Origin: Selaginella moellendorffii
Taxonomy: Eukaryota; Plantae; Lycopodiophyta
Direction of reading: 5' to 3'
DNA length: 64,000 bases
NCBI RefSeq assembly: GCF_000143415.4
Contig: NW_003314383.1
Span: 257,340-321,339 of the forward strand
Positions 1 through 13,600 of this stretch are shown here, piece by piece. Every line of letters starts with the position of its first letter. The stretch's first letter is position 1. A model generated the notes under the pieces. The model saw only the letters and a list, made by a program, of their open reading frames with translations. It searched no databases and was not told where the DNA came from. A program made the translations under genes and the position numbers.

Positions 1-3000
1 GTTAAAGTAGCGAGCATGACTTAAATGTCCATCTCAAACTCCATCTCAGGTCCATCTTGGGCCCACCTCAAGTCCATCTCAGACTCCATCTCAAACTCCA
101 TCTCAAGTCTATCTCAAACTCCATCTCAAACTCCATTCGGACTCCATCTCAGGTCCATCTCAGACTCCATCTCGGGTCCATCTTAGACTCCATCTCGGGT
201 CCATTTCAGACTCCATCTCAGGTCCATCTCAGACTCCATCTCGATCCATCTCAGACTCTATCTCAAGTTTATCTTAGACTCCATCTTGGATCCACCTTGG
301 GTCCATCTTTGGCCCACCTCGAGTCCATCTCGGACTCCACCTCAAGTCCACCTTAGGTCCATCTCAGACTCCTCCACGTGTCATGTGTTGGTCCTCTTGT
401 CCCTTTTCTAAAGACTTTTTTATTGTTTGCTTCGTGCTCGTTCCTTGAGCACTCCATTGGGAGTTCCACTCCCACTCTTGACTCTTCAGGTCAATGTTTT
501 TAATCCAAACATGTTATGCTTATTTAGCTTTTGCTTCGGCCACTACTATGTACTCCACTTTGGGGCTTAGGGATTTGTGTCTCACAACTTCACCACCCAT
601 AGACAAAGTTCAATGTCTTTATCGAATGGTAAACATTTTTATAAAGTAACCCCATCATGGATTACCACTTCTCATCCTTAGCACTTAGCTAATATCTGTC
701 AATGGTTTGACACTGAAAGCTCACTAAGCCTTGTCCATCCTCTAAAGAGCATATTCTCTCCAACTAAGAGATTTATTAGACCACTAATGGTGGCCTTTCC
801 CTTTTTGTTCGTTTAGTTCATGCTAAATTCGTTAGAGACACCTTCTCTATTTCAATTTGACTACTCATTCAGGAGTAATCTCGGCCTTTACCAACATAAC
901 TATATCTCACTTTGGAACTTTTAATTTTAACTTCTTAAAGTCAATTTCTTAGATGTTTTCGACACCTTGCATTACACGTGTTATGCAAACTCCACTTCCT
1001 CATCCTAGAAGTTCTTTAATTGAGGGTACCATCATCCTCTCCATTATTTCGTGCTACTTTAGGCACTAAGTTCCATTTTTTTATAATTTGTGCTAGGGTT
1101 GTTCATGGCTTTATCATTTGGCTACCTTGCCACTCCCTCCCTTGGAGCTTACCTTTGCCAAACTGGAACATTTAGAAATTCGTCCTTGAAAACATATTCT
1201 CTTTCCCATAATCCATTAGTATTCAACACATAAGTGTTCCTTGCTCAACTTTGTTGTTTGGATTTCTTTCAATGATTTCTATAGCCCAAATTTGTCCACT
1301 AGTCTTTTGCTTTTATCCTTGGATTGTTATACCATGCAACATAGAATTATTAGTTCCGTCCTCGAGGTATCCTTTTAGTTCCTTAACAAAGGCTTTACTT
1401 TGCCAAATTTAGAGGGTGTTCACCCCTAGTAAGTGTCTTTAGCATTTTTTGCTCTAGGCTCTCATATTTATGACCCTCCCATGGGTCTTTCCCAGTGACT
1501 ACTTTTTTGGACTCATAATACCATCACATTGACACCATTCATTTCCTTTATGTGTCTTTTTCATTTGATCATCTTAACCAAATCACACTATCACCAATAG
1601 TTCAAATTAACATTTTGAACTAAGAATCTTATTCTTTAACTAAACAAAGACTTAGTTCTTGTTTAGCCACAAGATCATGTAGTGATCTCATATTAACCCC
1701 TTAATAGGTTTGCCAATAGGTACTAAATCTTCCAGACCTTTAAGTTATTAACTATGACCACGGGGGCATCCCCCACACTGGTAGTACACCCAAGCCAACC
1801 CTTCTAGGTAAGGGTCCTTAGCAATTGAGATTGGGTGTCCCCATCTCATTCACCACGTCCTTGGTGCCACTTGCACCAAAATATTCAAGTTAGATATGTC
1901 GAGCTTTCCCACTAAGCAATCTAACTGTTCATCACGACTCTAGGGCATCCCCCACTTGGCGGTGTGCCCAAGCTAGTCTCCTCACTGAGAGTTTATGACC
2001 ACTGAAAAATAAGTGTCCTTATATTCCAACCCATCACCACGCCCTAGTGAGTTATGACTCAAACCCAAGCATTAGAGGGTTGGGACTCAAACTCAACCTC
2101 CATATATGCATCTATAAACGGCATCATCCAAAGTGTCTGACGTAACTCCCTACGCTGGTGCACCTACTTATACTTAAAGCATGCTACAAATCACAGCTTA
2201 GGAACTTAATTCCTCCACACTACCAAATCCTCTCACTTGACAAATCTATGATCATGCATGGACTCCTTTATGCTTGGCCCACATTCAATTAGGGTATTTG
2301 TTCCCCCGACTTGCCAATCTCGCTTAGCAAGCCATCTGACCAACGTAACATAGTTTTATGCATAAACGTAAAAGTCCTTGACCATCGACTTTCATTCAAA
2401 GCCATCCTTTTGAACACTCAGGAACTACTTCCGCAACCTTGATAGCCTTGCCTTATGGCAAGTTTCAAAACTACGTTTCTACTGTGCTACTCTAATTTTG
2501 TGCATTCTATAAACCATTTTTGGCTTTTTTAGGTATTAAGCTAAGAATTGTCTTTGGGAACCTTGAAAGAACTCTATCAACTTGTTAAGGCCTCTTCTTT
2601 CATAAGCTTTCTAATTGCCATATGGTCTAACATGGACAATTCTATATTTTAAACTCTCCATGGCATCACAGTTGCTAATAATAACATGTTCGAACACCCA
2701 TGTGATTTTCCACTCCTAATTTGCACAACCACCCTTGGTTATGCCCTTTGATTCCTATAATTCAGTTTTATCCATTTACTACTTGTTTTTGGCTTCACAC
2801 ATTTCCTTCGGTTATTCTCCTCCAAACTAGGAGGGTAGCTTTACATTTTCTACCATGCTTTAGCAAGTATTCTTAGGGATGAACCTATCTGATAGTTTAG
2901 AAAGTGATTCCTCAATCCTAGTACACTCACCTTATAATCTCACACATCGGGATTAACGTTGTTACTTATGAGCTTTTATATGCCCATCATTAGCCTTACC

Positions 3001-5806
3001 AAAATCGCTTTTTGGCTTTGTCCAATTTGAATAGACAAACTTCTCCCATCTCCACAACCTTAGATGTTGGATAGCACCTCTTATCTATCATTCGCTAGGG
3101 ACTTAGTCCCTTGGGCCTTATCTAATGCCCTTATGACACAAAACATCCCTTCCTGGTGTTTTAGAGTGTTTGGGTGTCCTAATGATGGCCTTCTTTGACA
3201 ATGAGTATTCCTTTTACGACATTGACTTATTATATGGCAACATAAGCAATTTATCCCCTATAAGAGTATTTCTAACTTCTTTATCCTAATAAAAAATCTT
3301 GGGTAGTTATTTTCTACCAATTTAATCAATTATTTTGCACCTTTTCTTAGTTGCTTCATAGTTGTCAAGTCTTACAACTCATTGTTGATGCTTCCATACC
3401 TCCATCATTATTTAGGTCACCTCACTTCAATTGCATGCCTTCCAACTTAGGTTATGGCATTCCCATTTTTATCAGGATTCCTTTTGGAAGAGGTTTTCAT
3501 GAACCTGCTAATTTGACCTCAAGGTATCATGCCTTGGCACATTCAGTGTCTCCACATCATCAGATCCATGAACATACCTTTATGACACTTTTTACTTATG
3601 TTTAGGTTTTTGCCAAGATTAATATAGTTGTTTCTCATGCCAACTATTCATTAGCACTACACTATAGTGTTTACACACAGTTTGTGTCAAAAGTTGCTTT
3701 CTTCTGGGAACACCTTTCTCATTACTTTTGTATGGCACATTCTGCCATCAATGAGATACCCACTATTCTCATACTTGGATCTTATGATCCTCCCCATCTT
3801 TTGTGGGGCACAACACACTTTAGTCCAAATGCTTCTACCAATCCCTTAGAACCATTCCTTGACTCTATTTGAGTCATCTAGCTTTTTGGACTTTGCTAAT
3901 TCGATGACTTGTAAGGTTCTACTTTTAAGGTGCCAACTCGCTGAAATACAACTTGTATTCATGTCCTACTCATATGGACCATGTTTGCAAGTATTATTTC
4001 AACACTTGATTATTTTCTATTTCATGTGGGCTATCTTTGCCCCTTAGGATTATCTTTCTATATAATGAAAATACCAACTTATCCTCTAAATACACCCCTA
4101 ACTCTTTAGGTTTGTTTTAGCATTTATAAAAGGGTAGCTCTAACTACCATTTCAAGGACTTGTGTCCTCATTTATATTTGACCTCCCACGGTTATTAATT
4201 CTAGTCTCAAATTCATGAGCACTAGCCTCAACTATATGAGAATAATCTTGTGACTCCTTTATTATTTTGGAGTTTTTATCTTTCCTGTGATCCCAACTAT
4301 ACTTGTTTACCACAACTATAATAGCTAATTTGTTAAGTCAAATGCGCATCTAGATCACATCCTCAACTCTCTGAAAAAAACTTTATACTGTTCCTAAAAT
4401 CCCAAAGTCGTTCCATTATTGACCTTTTTCTATCCACCACCTTGCCTACAAGTTCACACATGAACTTTATTAGAGAGCCATGTCTTCCTGAGCTGTTACT
4501 CCTCAAAGATAGGCCCACTTCTAGGACCTTCCGATGCCAACATCAGTGGTGATAAAATTGAGCACCCATAAAAGTCGGACTAAAGAACAGTTTTGATACA
4601 AAATTGTAAGCAATTAAATTTTCCATTCTACTTTAGTCACTTAACCACACTTTTGACCACTTAAAGGAGTCTCACTCACAACCTCCATAAGTCCTATTCC
4701 GGACTTAGGGCTTGCTAGCCCTGAGAATGGCATCCCTGCCACTCAACCTTTGCACTTAGTCCAAGTGCTCTACACCATGACCGACACTTAAAGGTACCAC
4801 TAACATAACAGCCTATTATGCTAAGGCTATGCCCATTCATCTTTGCCACACTGGTGGTCCAACACCACTTACATCACAGTCCCATCTCTCAAAGACTAGG
4901 CCGTCTGTCCATGAGTGGTCATCCCAAACCACTCCTTAGCATCCTTAGAATGCTTGCAAACATAAAGAACAACCTTCCCCAATATCCCTTTTTTAATTTC
5001 CACCAAGTCTCTTTCTGTCCATGGCTGTGTTTGCTGAGACTGCCACTAGGTCAAGGCCCACAAGCCCGACCACTAAGTCCCACTGTCTTTTGGGACTTCC
5101 ACACTATGTGACTATAACCTTGGTCACTACACTAGAAGACTACCCCTCTTCCTTTCCACAGTCCAGGATTTTGGGACAATGTTTTGAAACACCATGGCCC
5201 TACGTGAGCCTCATAGGTACTCTCCCCACTTTCTGCCTTTGGGTGCTCTATCTATGGGCTTAAAGAGAGGTTCTATTGAGCCACACCAAATATCCAAGTA
5301 GGTAATGCCACCCAGGCTTGGACTGGAAGCATTGACTATTCAATCTCCCAGGGGAACTAAAGCTGACTCTTGAACACTTTACCAAGTTACCCTATTTGTC
5401 GGTTCATATTCACTCTAGCATTGGACTTCCCAGTGGTTATCTCATCACTCAACACATGGGTATAGCCTTTCTAAGCCAAACTAACTCCACTAAGGTCCAA
5501 CCCCCACACTTTCCTTACTATACTTTTGTCGTAGGGGACAATTGTTTTGGGCTTTCACCCAACAGCTTATATTAGTATTTGGATTTGGACTCAGACTTGG
5601 ACTTGGACTCGCTCTTAGTCTTGGTTTTGGACTTAGACTCGGACTCGGTCTCGGTCTTAGTCTTGGTCTCAGGCTCGGTTTCCATCTTAGGTCCATTTCG
5701 GACCCATCCATATGTCATGTGTTAGTCCTTTTGTATCCCTTTTTAGAGACTTGCTTATTGCTCGCTTCATGCTCATTCCTTGAGCACTTCATTGGGAGTT
5801 CCACTA
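1..5806 (-). mobile_element. Decayed LTR retrotransposon (family 1): 3' LTR remnant 1-586, degenerate internal region, truncated 5' LTR ~4605-5806
   Basis: LTR ends ...CTCACA at 586, followed by the reverse complement of a purine-rich tract (acttcaccaccc). A degenerate tRNA-iMet PBS complement (tgatacaaaat) precedes TGTAAG at ~4605. Both LTR parts match the complete LTR at 13309-15030, and the internal region matches 10670-12900. No long ORF remains. Confidence 0.75.
27..372. repeat. Degenerate 11-12-bp tandem repeat (RRACTCCATCTC / GGTCCATCTC) inside the LTR
   Basis: Units are directly visible; the same array occurs at ~14430-14800. Confidence 0.9.
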
Positions 5807-6839
5807 GAGGGCATTCTATCATTCTGAATGTGTGCAATCCAAATTGTAATACAATAGAAGTGATTGCTCTAACCGAGGTGTCTATTTGTTCTGAGCGGAC
5901 TGTTAATACTTAAGAGCCTAGCATGGGATTCAACTTGATAACTGCTCTTTGCATTCTTGGGACAAGCAGCACAATGAGCTTCATTCCAGTTTTCTCATTT
6001 CTAAACAGGAAATACAACTAACCACTGGGTGGTGAAATTTCTTTCATGAGTTACTCAAACTTCGATCTTGTATGTGACCTTGTCTTGAGTCACATACTTT
6101 CTGAAATCCTGTTTAGCCTTCTTGAAATAAAATTTGGACATAGCCTCACTGATGTGGTATCCATACTCCTGCATGAGCCAGTATACATCAACAGCCAGTA
6201 TTATTTTTGTCAATAGGGACAGCTGCAACCCTCTATCGTTGAAGGAAAACCCTATGGCAGCTAGGAGCCATCAATATGTCAAAAATCTCAACATCAAGAC
6301 AAAAAGCCAAAAATCAAACCATCAACAACACACAAAATTCAGCCAGATAATTTGGACAGATCATGAAAATATATGAAAGTCACATCGGAATCTGTTCCTA
6401 AGAGAGACTTTGTTGACAGGTGGCCCAAATTGCCGCTGCGGTGGCCAAGACATGACTTGACTTGACTTCTCAAAATTGACTTGACTTCTAAAATCTGTGC
6501 TTATATAAATCTTTTCTATAGTATTAGCATCCATAGTCTTAGACAAAGTAGTTTATCTATCGAGCATTTGCAATGCAAATGCATGCAATCCCAAATTATA
6601 ATGGAATGCAAGTGATTGAAAGTAAGACCTTGACAAAGCTTATGAGTGCTTTAAAATTCTAGAATTTTAAAGTACGAATAAAGTTTTCAAAATCGCCGAA
6701 ACAAGCAAAGTCATGAAGTCAAGTCACCTATAGACAAGTCTAGTTTTTCTGCAGCCTAAGGTTTTTCATAATCAGGTCACTTGGATACCTTTGTTTCAAC
6801 TAGCCTAGGTTTTTTCTGTGGCTGAGTGAGAGTCCTACC

Positions 6840-9164
6840 ATGTTCTCCCTCCTGTTCCTTCTCATCGTGTTTATGACGGTTGTAGATGGGAAGACCAGTT
6901 CATCAGTTGATTCAGCAGCAGCACTGTTACGGCTGAAACATGGTGTCAGAGATCCACTAGGAACATTGAGAGGCTGGAACAAGACTGTGAGTTGTTGCGA
7001 GTGGGAAGGCGTGGATTGTTCCTCACAACAAGGCCGAGTCATAGGGCTCCATCTTCAATCTTTAACACTACCAAGTTCCGATTTGCTGATATTGACAATC
7101 CAGATGCTGTCTCACCTCCGTCAGCTGCACGTCTCAAGGAGCCAATTTGCAGAACCATTGAGCAGCAATTTAAGTTTGCCAGGCTGTGATTTGGAGGTAC
7201 TTGACTTGTCTAACAACATCTTACGAGGCAGTTTTCCTACAGAGCTTGTGCTCCACTGCAAAGACTCATTACGGCTGCTAAATCTCTCCCATAACCAGCT
7301 TGATGGTGAACTTGGATCCAATTCTGTGATTGGCAGGACACTGGAGACACTCGACCTTTCAAACAACAACTTCAATGGCACAGTTCCATCCTCCCTATTC
7401 CAAAGTTGCAACAGCCTGCACTTCTTCAATCTTTCAAACAATGAATTTGCTGGAAGTGTTCCAGCGCAGATGGTTACCCACTGCCCCGTTCTAGAGGATG
7501 TCAATCTAGCAAGCAACAACTTTTTCGAGGCATTAGAGTTTTCAAACTCCAACACCATTCAGCGGCTTATTCTTGCATCAAATTCTCTGACCGAGCTAGC
7601 AGTTCCATGTCTCAACGTGACACATCTAGATGTCTCTTACAACAGACTTTCTGGAAATATCTTCAACAGCAGCGATTCAACTTGCTCTTCACTCAAAGTG
7701 CTCAATATCTCTAGTAACTTCTACTCAGGGCTGCCTTTATTGTCGTTGGGGCTTAAGAACTTGGAACTACACTCGTCTCTTGAAGTTCTGGACGCAAGCT
7801 ACAACTCGTTCACAGGTGAATTACCCAAATTCCATGCGAATCTGAAGCACTTGGATTTCAGCTCCAACATGTTCACCAAAACAAGCAGCAACATCTGTCC
7901 CACTGATTCAAAGGTAAGGAACTTGCTCCTGCCCAATAACAGGTTGACCGGTCCACTACTTGACTCTCTAGTCAACTGCCGAAGGTTGCAGTTGCTGGAT
8001 GTGAGTTTTAATGAGTTAACTGGAGGAATACCCGACCAGCTATGCAACAGCCTTCCTAAGCTGCAGCATTTACATGCTTGGGGGAATGGCCTCCAGGGAT
8101 CCATTCCGTCAACCTTGGGTAACTGCGTCGACTTGATTACTATTCTTCTCAGTCACAACAATCTCAATGGCAGCATACCTACTCAGCTGTCTGGTCTGCA
8201 CAAACTCTGGTGGCTAAGCTTAAGTAGCAACTATCTGACTGGAGAGATACCATCTTCATTTGGGGAGCTAGATAACTTGGTCTGTCTACAGCTGACCAAC
8301 AACTCCTTAGAGGGTGAAATTCCCAAAGAAATGGATGGATCCAAGAGTTTGTACGTGATGGAGCTTGCAAGCAACTCGTTCAGTGGAAAACTACCTGGTA
8401 GAATTGGTCGCAAGTTCAGCAGAGTTGAAATAACCGGGTCTATTGTGGTTCAGGCTAGACTTGACAGCATGTATGTAGTTGCACGAACACCTGGTCCCAT
8501 ATGCAAAGGCAGTAACATGCTCTTTATTGTACACGGGATCCGTCTTCATGATCTTGAGCAGCACTTGTTTGCAAGGACTGGCTGCTTTGCTCCCCTGAAC
8601 ATTAATCCACCTTACGTGTTGAACATCAGCAGCCCGCTCATCATTCAGCTTTCTTATAACCAGCTGAGTGGAGAGATTCCTGAAGAAATTGGACTCATGC
8701 GCAGTCTTTTGATCTTGGATGTTGCACACAACAATCTCAGTGGCCGGATTCCTGAAGTTCTAGGCAACCTTGAGGGTATGCAAGTCCTGGATTTATCAGA
8801 GAATGCTCTGCATGGAAGTATACCCGCTTCGCTCTCGCAGCTCACATTCCTGTTTCTCTTCAATGTCTCGTACAACAACTTGTCTGGCCGTATTCCACAA
8901 AGAGGACAGTTTTTTACTTTCACAGGAGGAAGCTTTGAAGGAAATCCTGAACTTTGTGGCTTGCCACTTCCAACCAAGTGTTTTGCTGCTGATCCACCAG
9001 TTCTGACAAATATTGCTCATCCTATAAGTGATGATGGGATCCAAGACATTTTGGTGGCCGCCCTGGTCTCTGGAACTATAGCCTTTGTCATATGCTGTGC
9101 CTTGAGTTTCTATTGCCACAGCAAGTATACCTGCAAGCTGTCCCAGACATCTAGCTATGTGTGA
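6840..9164 (+). CDS. LRR receptor-like protein (no kinase) with island domain, 774 aa
   Basis: Single ORF with signal peptide, N-cap (LLRLKHG...W...CCEWEGVDC), about 20 plant LRRs (LxxLxLSxNxLxGxIP), a ~70-aa island, four further LRRs, the QFxTF..SFEGNPELCGLPL C-cap, a transmembrane helix (ILVAALVSGTIAFVICCALSFY) and a short tail. Confidence 0.95.
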   Translation: MFSLLFLLIVFMTVVDGKTSSSVDSAAALLRLKHGVRDPLGTLRGWNKTVSCCEWEGVDCSSQQGRVIGLHLQSLTLPSSDLLILTIQMLSHLRQLHVSRSQFAEPLSSNLSLPGCDLEVLDLSNNILRGSFPTELVLHCKDSLRLLNLSHNQLDGELGSNSVIGRTLETLDLSNNNFNGTVPSSLFQSCNSLHFFNLSNNEFAGSVPAQMVTHCPVLEDVNLASNNFFEALEFSNSNTIQRLILASNSLTELAVPCLNVTHLDVSYNRLSGNIFNSSDSTCSSLKVLNISSNFYSGLPLLSLGLKNLELHSSLEVLDASYNSFTGELPKFHANLKHLDFSSNMFTKTSSNICPTDSKVRNLLLPNNRLTGPLLDSLVNCRRLQLLDVSFNELTGGIPDQLCNSLPKLQHLHAWGNGLQGSIPSTLGNCVDLITILLSHNNLNGSIPTQLSGLHKLWWLSLSSNYLTGEIPSSFGELDNLVCLQLTNNSLEGEIPKEMDGSKSLYVMELASNSFSGKLPGRIGRKFSRVEITGSIVVQARLDSMYVVARTPGPICKGSNMLFIVHGIRLHDLEQHLFARTGCFAPLNINPPYVLNISSPLIIQLSYNQLSGEIPEEIGLMRSLLILDVAHNNLSGRIPEVLGNLEGMQVLDLSENALHGSIPASLSQLTFLFLFNVSYNNLSGRIPQRGQFFTFTGGSFEGNPELCGLPLPTKCFAADPPVLTNIAHPISDDGIQDILVAALVSGTIAFVICCALSFYCHSKYTCKLSQTSSYV

Positions 9165-10669
9165 ACTAAATAGTACTCGTGTTTACTGCTTTTTCACCTC
9201 CTCCAGTTTTGCATTTGGAATACTTATCAGGACTGAAGAGAAAGATTTGAATACAAAAAACCAGGCCTCAACATTTTCTATTTTGCAATTAATGAATTTG
9301 AATCTTGCAACTTGCCATCTTAAGGTTAAATTAATCCAGAAACCCTAATACAGAACCAAATGTTACAGTTTTTGTGTGATGGAGTATTACGTGGTTCAAG
9401 GACCCTTCAATCTGCTTCTTGACACACATAGGCAGCATATGGCTTTCATGATTGCTGCACTTCATGACGCTTATGTGGGAAACAATCAAGAGGGCACTAA
9501 TTCAAGTATGTCTTCTTTTGTTTAAAGACTTTCACACTTATGCCTGAAACTATATTACACTAATTGAGTGATTTGTTAAGTGAGATTGGCAAGTCAAGGG
9601 AAACAAAAACCCTAATTGAAGGTGTTGACTTCAAAAAAAAGGGTGGCCCATGGGGCCAAGCATGGAAAAGTCTATGCATAATCATAGACTTGTCAAGTGA
9701 GAGGACTTGGTAGTGCAAAAGAACTAAGTTCATAAACTATGATCCATAGTGCATTTTAAGTATAAATTAATGTACTGGTGTGGGGAGTCACACCAAGAAT
9801 CCTGGGTGATGCCGTCTGTAGATGCATCACATTTGGAAATGTATCTAAAGCTTCCCTTAGAAATGCCACCGGATCGGTTCCCAGACATTGGAGCAGTGAA
9901 GAAGAACAAGAACAGAGCAAAGATCAGAATAGCTTACATTGTGAGATGATGGGACATAGAGTTGTCGAGTTGACTATGCTTAAAAGGAGGCTTGGGTTCA
10001 TGGGCGCTTTTGAAGGGTGATTACTATAAGAATTTTGCCGCGATCCAGGAATGGACCTCCAACTATGGATTTACACGCCTCCTCTAGGCCCTAGAAATGA
10101 AGGATTTGATTGGAGCACAACTAAAAACAAAAGTACACACCTCAACATCTACACGACTCTGCAGGATTGGTACCATGTAGTCTGTCTCCTTGATGTAGGT
10201 CACTACATACTCATCTGTGGCTTGTAAATGTCCCTGGACACAAAAAATTGCAAAGTGAGCAAACACTCACACTATAAACATGAGAAATCACCTAATGAAA
10301 ATAGAAAAAGATAGGCTCATTTCCATAGTTAGGAACCTCTTTCCTATTGATTCCCTTGCATCAACAAAACTGGTGATAACCTGAGGTCAAAGGAAATATC
10401 TTGGAGTTCCTAACAAGGAATATGTGCACATCCATATCTTCGGCAATGTAGACCCATCTGTCATGAATGGTAATTGTTAACCCTTGTAACCAAAAACACT
10501 ATAGGCCAATCGAATTGTAGTGCCTTTGTCCACCCTAACCAACCAAAAATTAGTAAAATTCAAACTCATCTTTGAAAGCCAACTTCCAGCTGTTGAAGGC
10601 TTCATCTAGTGCATCGAGTATAGAATTGACGAGTAATTTGACTCACAAGTTGACTGATTTGCAAATTCA

Positions 10670-13600
10670 TAACCATCAACTTTCGTTCAAAGCCATCTCT
10701 TTGAATACTCAAGGATTACTTCCCCAACCTTGATAACTTTGCCTCATAGCAAGCTTCAAAACTAGGCTTTTGCTACGCTATTCTGATTTTGCGTGTTCTA
10801 TAAACTATTTACATTTGTCTTTCTAAGTACTAGAATTGTCTTTGGGAACCTTGAAAGGACTCTGTCCCTTAGCTTGCTAAAATCTCTCTTTTTGCAAATT
10901 TTTTAATTGCCATATGATCTAATATGGACAATTCTATACTTTAAACTCTCCATGGCATCACAGTTGTTAATAGCAATATGTTTGAGCACCCATTTGATTC
11001 TTCACTTACAACCTACATAACCACTATTGGTTATGCCCTTCAACTCTTATAGTTCAATTTTATCATTTTACTATTTATTTTTGGCCTTGTGCGTTCCTTT
11101 TAGTTATTCTCCTCCCATCTAAAAAGGTAGTTTTGCACTTTCTACTATGCTTTAGCAAATATTCTTAAGGATGAACCTATTCAATCACTTAGAAAGTGGT
11201 TTTTCAATTTGGATATGCTAACTGTGTAATACCACACATTGGAATTAACGTCGCTACAATTGGGCCTCTTTATACCCATTTCTAACCATGCCAAAATCCC
11301 TTTTTGGTTTTGTTTAATTCGGATAGACAGACTGTTTTTCATCTCCGTAACCTTGGACATTAGATAACACTTCTTAGCCATTATTTGCTAGGGACTTAGT
11401 CCCTTGGGCTTTATCTAATACCCTCATGATTCCAAACACCACTCTCTAGTGTTTTAAAGTGTTTTGGTGTCCCAATGATAACTTTATTTGACAATGAGCA
11501 TTTCTTTTTACGACATTGACTTACTATATCTTAACATAAATAATTTATCCCCCGAAAGGGTACATCTAACTTCTTTATCCTAATAAAAAGTCTTAGGTAG
11601 TTAACTTTTACCAATCCAACCAATTATTTTGCATTTTTTGCTTAGTTGCTTCATAGTTGTCAAATCTTACAACTCATTGCTAGTGCTTCCACTCCATCAT
11701 TATTTAGGTTACCACATTCTAACCACATGTCTTCCAGCTTAGGCTATGCCATTCCCATTTTATATTGAGATTCTTTTGGCAAGGGGTTCTCATAAACTCG
11801 CCAACTCGACCTCAAGGCATCATGCCTTGGCATATTTGGTGTCTCCACACCATCAGCTCCACGAGCTTACCTTTATAACACTTCCCACTTGTGTCTAGGT
11901 TTTTGCTAAGACTAAAGTAGTTGTTTCTCATGCCAAATATCAGTTAGCACTACATCATAATGTTCATACACAATTTTAAACCAAAGTTACTTTCTTTTAG
12001 GAACACCTTTCCTACAACTTTAGTATGGCACCTTCTGCTATCAATGAGATGCACTTTGTTCTTATACTTGAATCTTATAATCCCCTATCCCTTGTAAGGT
12101 ATAGCAAAATTCAGTCCAAATGCTTCCACTAGTCCTTTAGGACTATTCCTTGACTCCATTTAAGTCATCCAGCTTTTTGGACTTTGCTAATTCAATGACT
12201 CGTAAGTTCTTAACTTTCTAGCTATTTTGAGGTGCTAATTCACTAAAATACATCCTCTTATATTTATGTCTTACTCACAAGGACCATATTTGCAATTGTT
12301 ACTCCGACACTTGATTATTTTCTCCATCTACCATTTCAAGGACTCGTGCCCTCATCTATATTTGACTTTCCATAGTCATTAATTCTGGTCTCAAATTCAT
12401 GAGCACTAGCCTTAACTATTTGAGGGTAATGTTATGACTCCTTTATTATTTTGGAGTTTTTATCTTTCCCATAATCCCAACTATAGTTGTTACCACAACT
12501 ACATTAGTCAATTTGTTAAGTCTAACGCTCATCTACCTCACATCTTCAACTCTCTAAAGAAAACCTTATACTGTTCCCAAGGTCCCAAAGTTGTTACTAA
12601 ATTGGCCACTTTCTATCCACCACATTGCCAATAAATTCACTTATGAACTAATGTGGAGAGTCATATCCTTTCGACATGCTACTCTTCGAGGATAGACCCA
12701 CTCCTAGGACCTCCCAAAGTTGTTACTAAATTGGCCACTTTCTATCCACCACATTGCCAACAAGTTCACTTATGAACTAATGTGGAGAGTCATGTCCTTT
12801 TGACATGCTACTCTTCGAGGATAGGCCCACTCCTAGGACCTCCCAATGCCAAGACAAGTGATGATATATTTGACCACCAATAAAAGTCGGACTAAGGAAT
12901 AGCTCCAATACCAAATGTAAGCTTTTAAATTTGGACTTTTTGAGAGGTCAACCAGCCCAATATTATTCAAACCTATGGACATTTAACCCCAAATATCTTA
13001 AGACCCTTAACCGATTGGAAAAGGGGGTGCACTCTTGTTCATGGGCCCTTTCCCTTTATATTTAAACCCCATGGATCATCTTTCAAGTTGTTCTTTTTTA
13101 TTGCTTACAATTCACTATGCAAGTTCACGCCCTCATGAATTGAAGCTGAGAGCCACAACTCTCCTGAGAGCCCTGCTCTCTTGACACTCTACCCCTCGGG
13201 TTGAGCCTAGCTAGAGCAAACTAGACCTGCCAAATGTCAGTCAAATGTGGTGTGATTCCTCTAACCCAATCAACAAAGTCAGACCCAAGACTAGCTCCGA
13301 TACCAAATTGTAAGTATAAATTTTCCATTATACTTTAGTCATTTAACCATACCTCCGACCACTTGAAGGAGTCTCACTCACAACCTCTATAAGTCCTATT
13401 CTAGACTTGGGGCTTGCTAACCCTAAGAATGGCATCCATGCCACTCAACATTTGCACTTGGTCTAAGTGCTCCACGTATCCAATCCTATGACCAACACCC
13501 AAAGGTACCATCAACATCTTAGCCCGTTACGCTAAGGTCATACCCATTCACCTTTGTTACACTGGTGGTTCAACACCATCTATATCACAGTCCTGTCACT

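Noticed and set aside
57-356. Low-complexity ORFs (also 5490-5913, 14156-14935)
   Set aside because: Translations of 6-bp and 12-bp repeats inside LTRs.
9750-10630. Possible minus-strand exon fragments (GHLQATDEYVVTYIKETDYMVP...), also ~6060-6255
   Set aside because: Coding-like but interrupted by stops and not assignable to a family; TBLASTX would be needed.
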